From assembly GCA_000697335.1 (NCBI GenBank), contig JNEM01008748.1, positions 1 to 32,869 of the forward strand: 32,869 nt of DNA, written 5' to 3'. The DNA is from Conidiobolus incongruus B7586 (Eukaryota). Of this stretch, positions 24,340 to 32,869 are shown in pieces (position 1 is the stretch's first letter; each line of letters begins with the position of its first letter). The translations under genes were made by a program, and so were the position numbers. The notes beneath the pieces are model-generated. The model searched no databases. It was not told the origin of the DNA and worked only from the letters and a program-made list of their open reading frames with translations.

Positions 24340-24372
24340 TGATAATGTGGTGATGATGTGGTGATAATGTGA
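24340..24372. repeat. Three tandem 11-bp units (TGATRATGTGG) upstream of the intact PAI-like gene
   Basis: tgataatgtgg tgatgatgtgg tgataatgtga, read directly. Confidence 0.75.
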
Positions 24373-27300
24373 GATGTGATATGTAAAATACTAACACAGA
24401 ATATTAATTAGCTTGTTCACTTTTAAATTGAGGTAATGGGTAATAATAGTTGGTAGTTTTATTATTGATACTTGCATTATAACTATTTGATTGAGTATTA
24501 AATATAACCAAGTCTGAAAATATTTTGAATATAATACTATTAATTTTTATCCAGCTGTCTGAAATACCTTATCTATTTTGTATAAAGGAATTAATAAATC
24601 TATCTGTTTCATATATTATAAAAATACTAAATATTTTATTGAAGTTCAGCATATTCAATAATTCATTAATCCAATTAACTAGTTTATTAATTTCTTCATT
24701 TATGTTAACTTAATTGGATAAAAAACCTGACACATATAAGAAATTCTTGATTAATTAATTATACATCATTATTGTACATCTATCGAAAGATCAAAATATC
24801 TTAATCCCTAGTTTTATCCAGTTTTCAATATCTTATAAGCATGGTGTAATCGAAAACCTATTTTTAGAAAAAAATCCCTCAAATTAAGCATGATTATCTA
24901 TTTGTATATCTTACAAATAGATAAAATTTTATTACTATTATTAATGCTCGACTAAATTTAATTATATTAAGTTATAAAACCTTATATTAGAAAATTTATC
25001 CGATACTTATATTTGAATTAATATTGCTAATCGTAAAAATTGACCTGATATTTTTAAATTATAGCCAATCCTTAAAAATTTGAAATATGAACTACTCTAA
25101 TTATGTTTAAATTATGAGAATATTATATCATTTTTAACTTTTGGTATTCATTATCATGATATCAATTTGTTCCTAATATAATTTGATGATTCAATGAAAT
25201 ATCTACTTAATTAAATTCATGGATTTAAAAAAATTAATGTTGGAAGAATTTATATATCAGAAGTTCATTATTTTTGATTAATATATATTTTTTGATCTAC
25301 GATTAATAAAATTCTATTGAAATTTTTATCTATATTTTTTTTCTATTATTATTTTGTGATATATGTCTGATAATTTTATATATTAGCTTTTATTATTATT
25401 AAACAAATATCGAATAAATAGCCAATAAAATACCAAAACTTTATATTACGTCAATTTAACGTCATATTAAACCTAGTTAGTTTTTCTTTAAAGCTATTAA
25501 TCAATTTATTAAACAAGTGGCGTTCTATAACTAGTGTATTACTCAAATTTAAAGGATTTATTAACATTCCGCACCAATATTTATCTTACATTGAATCTTG
25601 GATACTTTAATGATGAATACAGATATAGATTTGTAATTATTTTTAATCTGTGAAAAATTATTCTTTTTTTGAAAAAATAAATACATTTATATATTAATAA
25701 AATTTTTAATAATGAAAATATAAAATTTAAAATGCCTACTGTTTTAGAATTTTATATTAATCTTAAATTTGAATCCAAATCCTATATAAAAAAACCCTTC
25801 CTTAAAATGTTCATATTAATTGAATCAAACCCTATATATATTATTCCATTATATTGCTCCTCAGTTATAATATAGTAAATTTACATATTATTATTTTTTT
25901 GAATTATTACTTATGATAAGAATTCTTTTAATATTACAAATTTAAATAAAATATTAAAATTTTCATAACAAAGAATATATTATATCTTTATATAAATAAT
26001 TATTTTATTTGTATATATTTACTATATTATTAATAATATATATTTATCATTGAATTAATAAATATATTCTATAAAATTATGAAAATAATAAATAATGTTA
26101 AAATTCACATAATATTTTATAATTATGATCAATATATTTTCTTATATGATTTATATCATTATATCTCTATTATATATACTGTTGTAAATATATCAACTGT
26201 GAGTAATATAATAAAAATATATTTTTTATTAGTTAATTTATTTTACCAAAATAGGTCATCAAAATAAAAATCATTAAGAATTTAAATTTAAATTTAAATT
26301 ATTTTATCAACTTGGTTAAATAAACTAATAAATTGAAGAGTTATATATATAATAAATATATCTTATTTATAGACTTTTATTATAAATAAAAAGTATAAAA
26401 AATTTAAGTAATAAATATAATATAATTATTAATATTTTATATTATTAAATAATAAAAAATTAGTCTATAATATATTACCTTGATATAAATTAAGCATAAC
26501 TAATTTTATTTCAAAATATTCATTTATATTGTTGATATATCAAGTTTTTTCAAAGGTTGCTTGCAAGGAAATATTAATCAATTTAAAATTAATCATGGAA
26601 ATTAGTTCAATAAAAAGCAACCTATTCAATCATTTTTCAAATGATATAAAAAACTAAAATAAAATATATTAAGTGTTATATAGGTTTAACAATAATGTTA
26701 ATCATTTTAAAGTTATTAATCAGATTATTCAATAACTCATATTTTATAAGTTCTCACCATTCTTAATCCAAATCTTAATAGAATATTCGATTTAAATTTC
26801 AAAAAATCCGAATTTGATCAATTCAAAATAATTTTTAAATTAAATATTTAAAAAAGATAATGCACCTTAATAAAAATACTATATTATCAACTAGACCAAG
26901 TTATTTAACATTAAACAATAATTGAATAGGCCTTAGTTAAATAAGAACCCAATAGCTTAAATCATTTCAGATTGATATTTCGATTAAAATAAAGCTTTAA
27001 ACAGATTGAATATTATTCCTATTTAAAAGGAACATAATTTATTCAATATTACATATCATATTATATAATAGTTTTTCTAATTTTAAAAATATACTAGGTT
27101 TGAACTATCTTGAATTATTAAATTTCTAACAATGCTACATAATCATATTTTCTAATACATTACTTTAAAATTATAATATTTCAAAATATTTATTAAATAT
27201 TTCATATATATTTTTTATGTATTAATTATCGCTAATTTAAATTATGAAAGATTATAATCATTGATAATATTGTTACAAGAAAGGAACCTCTATTCACATC

Positions 27301-28990
27301 AACTATAATTAAATAAACTCAATGTAATAGTTTTTTCCCTCGCATATAGGTTCACTTAATCTTCATTCATTGATTGGTTATTTAGACAATCTACTTTACT
27401 CAACCTACATATAAAAATCCGGAATTTTAATAATTCAAACCAAGATCAGATCGATCTGGGCCGTATTATCTATTAAATAGAATCAATAAAACCCTTTTTC
27501 AGCCAATCTTATAATCGTAGATATCTCATCAGATCAATGCTTCCTGAACCAGTTTTAATCTTAAATTATTATTTTTTATTTAATTAGATGAGTATTTTGA
27601 ATTTTCACTTGTTATACAATAAGGAACGAATTACATATTATGAAATTATCTTAAAATTAATATCAAATATAATTATTAAATTTTGCATCTGTGTATTGTG
27701 AATATTGGAAATTCATTTGTAATTAATCACATTATATAAAATTTCATATTTTAAGACATAATAATCTTTGAAACTAATTCAATAATTAACGATTATATGT
27801 CAAGGTGTTTTATTTAACAAGCATATTCTATATTGCCATTTGTGTTTCCAGTTGAATACTATATAATTCGTTGAATTTATAATTACTTAAAATGCCCATT
27901 GATTTAAATATAATCTATGCTATATTATTCTAATTAAACTTCAAATTCTAAATAAATTGGTAAAGCACGTGATAAAATATTAAAAAAACCTATATATTTA
28001 ACATCATAGTCGAAATAAATTGATACAACTTTAATGCCCAAAATATTTAATCCTATTTTTATTATTTAATCTATTAAATTATTTTAGTTGAAAATTTAAT
28101 ACTATATAGTTTTATAAATCCATTAATTTAAATTTTATTGATAAGAAATTTTGGGAAAAAATACCATAGTTTAATATTTATCCTTTATATATTATTATAT
28201 TTTAATTTAAACATTAAATAGGCTCAGTTAATCTTAGAACAATTGAATTATTCAAATAATAACAGTTTTGAAATTACACCTATAATTGAATAATCAAAAT
28301 AGTTAACAAAAATATTTTATGTATTCTTTAAATATTGGATTACAGTGAACTATTATGATAAATATGAAGAGAAATTTTGAGCTAAGATAAACGATTTTAT
28401 TAATATAATAGTACAATTGATAATGCTATCGACCATATTTTAAACAAAATTTGATTAAACATTTAATATTAATAATATTGCAAATAATCTTCGTTTTAAT
28501 TATTTAGCAGTTGAATTTAACAGAGCAAATATCTAATGATGAGATCATTGTACACTTCAAACAAAAAATTGTATCATATAGCTATTTCCATATGTTATAT
28601 AGTTCAAATTTTAATGTAAAATTTCATATTTGATCGACTATATAATGATTCTAACTTATATATTAGACAATTATCATTAAATTCATTAAGAAATGAAAGT
28701 ATTATTGAATAAATTTTATGTAATTAAGATGTATTTATATAGAAAATAATCTAAAAACCTTGTATTGATTATAATTATAAATTAACTTATTCTTTTGGCC
28801 ATATAATTAATTGATAATATATATATATATATAATTATTGTAATTAAAATATCAACTCATTCATATTTGGATTTGGTAAAATAGTTTAGCTTGTGTATAA
28901 TATTAGATTATATTGATCATAATTAAACAAATTAATATAAATTAAATAAATTTTTTCATAATTTTAAAAATTATTTGCTTTTATATTTTA

Positions 28991-30305
28991 TTAAAAAGTC
29001 TATCAAAATATATTCAGGAGATTAAATAGAAATTTCACTCAACTCCAATTCCAAAAGAGAGGTAGCATAGTAAAGATTGTGTTTACTTCGAACGGAATCA
29101 AACTTTTTACAAAGTTCATTCTTTAAAGCTTGAGTTTCAACATGAGGAAAGTCCATAACTCAGAGTAAATAGATTCTTGAACACCTTTTCATGAGTGAAG
29201 CTTATGGAATATCTTGCTAATTTCATATTTATAGTGATCTATATCAGCTACAGTAAGTCCAACTTCATATTGACTTCTTGTTCAATGAATACTTTCATAA
29301 ACACTATTAGTCGTATTGGCATAAAACATTAGATGATCGTCATCAAAAGTAGGAAGGTATGCAGGGGTAAGAATGGAGCATAATCGTTATATCTGAAATC
29401 AAGAGGTTAATGAGCAAAATTACCATACTTAATAATTAAAATTTTCCCTAAAACGTACTTCTCTTATTTAACTAAATAGAAAACCATCTTGTGAATATAA
29501 TAAACCAAAAGAAGGAAGCAAAAATAGCTGAAATGCGGTTTCGATGAAAGAAGCTACCACCTTTGATTCAATAACTTAATTTAAATTGCTCATAATTTTC
29601 ACGAAATTAAAAAAGTTGATATCCAGAGTGACATCAAGATCCTTGGCTAGAGCTCTAGTAATTTTATCCATACTACTAGGAAGATAATGAATCTTAACGG
29701 TGATAACTTTGGCAATCTCCAAATGTTGGATGAAATAGAGTGCTGGAGTTTCTTCAATTGCACCGTAACCATAAGTTGTAATGAAAATAGTGGCAAAGAA
29801 AATATTTTCCAAATTATTTTGCTTTAAACAATCTAAAGTAGGAGTGTATAGCTCAGGGCTAGAGTTTATATGAACGAGTTCAAGATGTAATCTCTTGCAA
29901 GTTCTATAACAAGTAAAACTTCTGCTTGTCCTTAGATCATTGGTGATACCTGCAAATGGGATATCAATTCCTGTATTGGATTATTAACCTGCAAAATCGA
30001 TAATGATAACAAGAATGGTATTGGCCTTATTACGATCAACAATTTCTCAAGTTTTGTAGTATTCACTAAGGATGACAGCATCCATATTCTATACTTCTCC
30101 ATCATGATGAAACTTTTCGATCTTTCTTCTAACGAGGCCAATCTTTTCAAAAATATTAACTTGATAGACCTTACTCTTGAGGCGGGTAGCAACACTCAAA
30201 CCTGAAATACCAGCGGCAAGAATATAAACAGGGGAATCAGATTTTGTGGGCTCAGCTTGAGAAATGAGTAAGAGAGTTATAGAAATATAAAAAATTAATT
30301 TTCAA
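28991..30305 (-). pseudogene. Heavily decayed full-length PAI-like FAD protein gene
   Basis: The minus strand reads ...ISITLLLISQAEPTKSDSPVYILAAGISGLSVATRLKSK...FEKIGLVRRKIEKFHHDGEV*NMDAVILSEYY, then TTYGYGAIEETPALYFIQHL and DSVRSKHNLYYATSLLELE. It has multiple stops and frameshifts, no clear ATG, and broken GxG and GG motifs. Confidence 0.88.
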
Positions 30306-31089
30306 TAGTCTTTGCAGTCAGCATTCGTCATTGAAATATAAAAAAATTTAAGATTGACAAAGTACTTGGACAAAGTAACCAAGGGCCATTATTTGTAACA
30401 AATTTTGAATTCTTTAATAAGATACTGATCAATTATGGAATATTCAGGTGATCTCTGTCAAAATTAAGATTAATCATATATATATTTCAATATTATAATT
30501 GCTTTTGCAGCAAATTAGTCATTCAAAAAGTAATTGATGGCTTATAGTTATGATATTGCTATCTTAATCTAGTTTTCAAATAGTTTATAAACATTTGTAC
30601 AAATTGATCATTAAATGTTAATTTACAAAAAACAGTGGCCAATTGTATTTCCAGCAACTTTGGCTTACATGACTTGATTGAAATATTACTACAAATGCTT
30701 TATTATACTATTTAATTAAAAATTTTATCACAATAAGATAATAATTACATGTTAGATAGACAATTTGTTTTATCATAACAACAGATTTTTTACAATAAAA
30801 ACAACGATTATGTTTTGATTCACTGTTTTGAAATTGTATTGAATAACTGACTATATTATTTTTATCCTACTAAAAAAATTTGAATCATTCATTTATGATA
30901 AATTATACAAAAGGTTAAATTTATTAAATTCTATAGAATTAATATATATCAAAAATTATTTGAACTAGTGAAATATTTTCAAATAAAGAAATAACAATTA
31001 CTTTTTGATATTTTTACACATTTTATATATTTATCTTTATTATTATAAAACCAAAAATTAATAAAAATGAATAATTGTAAAAAGAATTG

Positions 31090-32020
31090 ATTATGGTTCA
31101 AAAATTGCTCTGACTTCTTAATGATATCTTGATAGTGCTAAATACCACAGGTAATTCTAAAGGCAGTTGGAACAATACCCTCATTTGACTTTAATATCTT
31201 GAGAGATCATACCGTGACTCGTTGTATATAAAATACATCAAATCCTTTCAACAACTTCTAAACCCTCTCCCAAAATGATCAATTTCAGAGATTTTACAAG
31301 TCAACAAGCGATATAGTATCATCCTTGATGATAAATGTGACAATACCTGAGTTGCTCTTCCTTTGACGTTTATAAGTTGAAATTTGGGATGTAATAAAAG
31401 GCCAGGATAGAATACTTTGGAAACTTTGGGATGCTTTTGCAAGTATTAGATTACTTTTAATTCATATATTTGATGTTATTCCATATGATTCCCAGTGCCT
31501 TGATACCATGGATACATTGATAGCAATCAGAAGGACTTGAAACAGCTCCAAAAATGTCTTGCTGAAATCTGAGTTGATTATGTACAGTATAATCATCTGT
31601 AATAGCGAAGCCAATAGTGACATCAGTGTGGCCATTGGAATATTTGGTACTACTATGAATGATAGCATCAACTCCAAATGCAAGTGAGCTCTAAAAATAG
31701 GAATTCATAAATATACTACTCATAGCAGCACGAATGTCACGGCAACGAGCGATTTTGACAACTGTAGCAATATCTACCTAGCTTAATTAAGAGTTAAATA
31801 GAGATTCGATCCAAATCCACTTTCTCATTGATTGCACTCTTTAAACATTCAAACCTAATTAAATCACCATGAGTTACTTTAATTCTATTCTGATCTCACA
31901 AATAGTCAAAAATCTTGCAATTACCGCTATAAATTCCCTCTATGGAAATAAGCTCAGAACCAAAGGGAAGAAAATATTAAGTGTAGCAATTGCAGCACTT
32001 CTAGATGAGAATGTAACATC
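31090..32020 (-). pseudogene. Cystathionine gamma-lyase-like (Cys/Met metabolism PLP enzyme) pseudogene, 5'-truncated
   Basis: Minus-strand relics in the expected order: TFSSRSAAIA, EGIYSGN, WIESLFNS, VDIATVVKIAR, FGVDAIIHSSTKYSNGHTDV (PLP lysine motif), FQQDIFGAVSSPSDCY, HPKVSKVFYPGL..HP. Many stops and frameshifts. Confidence 0.85.
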
Positions 32021-32061
32021 TAAATTAAATATTTATATAATGATTTTATGGAAAATTAAAA

Positions 32062-32869
32062 TATTGCTCTAGATTTTAAATAATGATACATTTTTGAGAT
32101 TGAAAAAAAAAATAAATACTTAATATATAATTGATGAAATTAAATATATAATATAAAATTAGAATACTTATACCATCAATAATTTTTTGCCATACATTTA
32201 ATACTTAAAAACAGTATTGTTTATTAATGACCGGAATTTAATATTTATAAACCAAATAAATTTATTTTTAAACATCTTATAAGTTGATTTTTTAATTATT
32301 TCAAGCAATTATAATTATATAAATTATAATCTAATAAATATACTAAATATTGTAATTTTCTTTAATTATTTCTATTTAAAAACTTCTACAGCTTTAAGTT
32401 TATATATTCTATTAATATTATATTGAATAGTAAATATTTTTGAATTATTTTTAAAATATCAATTAATCAAAATGAATAAAAAGGATTATTTTAACTTAAT
32501 ATTCTAATTAAAAATTATAAAAAATTTTATAATATATTAATTATAATAATTTATTATAAATCTTTAGCTTTTTATTATACCCTAGTATGATTTGCTTAGT
32601 TATAATAATTCTAGCTTTGTATAATTTAAGTTAAACAATAAAATATCAATTATTTTATTATATAATTATTCTAAAATTAAATTTTAATATCAAAATAATT
32701 TATTGATAATATTGATATTAAAATTCCTTAATAATTTTTAATTCAAAATAAAGACTACTTTTAATATATTTTCATATTTTATTAATAATTAAATATAATT
32801 TTTGAATCTATTATTTTTATTTTTTTTCTGAATTTAAGATAATCTATTTAATTATATATAATTTATTAT
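32062..32869 (-). mobile_element. Mariner-family element, copy 3 (degraded; runs toward the window edge)
   Basis: Starts TATTGCTCTAGATTTTAAATAATGATACATTTTTGAGATTGAA, the same terminus as copy 1 at 6461. 32220-32395 aligns with the reverse complement of ~16795-16980, and 32535-32595 with ~16440-16500. Similarity beyond ~32650 was not confirmed. Confidence 0.8.

Noticed and set aside
24340..24384. Short repeats as a CRISPR array or telomere seed
   Set aside because: Only three adjacent 11-bp units with no spacers, in a eukaryotic context.
24525..26267. ORFs 24525-24713 and 26079-26267
   Set aside because: I/N/L/Y-rich chance ORFs in very AT-rich DNA.

Overview
AT-rich eukaryotic DNA with short GT-AG introns, most likely from an early-diverging fungus (inferred from gene content, not proven). 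Left to right: the ~5.8 kb terminal exon of an SZT2-like gene; a decayed tRNA-Leu(TAA); an 11-exon xanthine dehydrogenase-family gene (9830-14313); a same-strand cluster of four intronless FAD-protein copies resembling the P. acnes polyunsaturated fatty acid isomerase (PAI) family (one intact, one with two lesions, one heavily decayed, one fragment); and a cystathionine gamma-lyase-like pseudogene. Part of the apparently featureless AT-rich spacer is three copies of a ~1.3 kb DD34D mariner element that the ORF track misses. Its transposase motifs become readable when CpA->TpA / TpG->TpA changes are reversed, which is a RIP-like signature. Two of the copies bracket the XDH gene in inverted orientation. 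All alignments and translations were done by eye.
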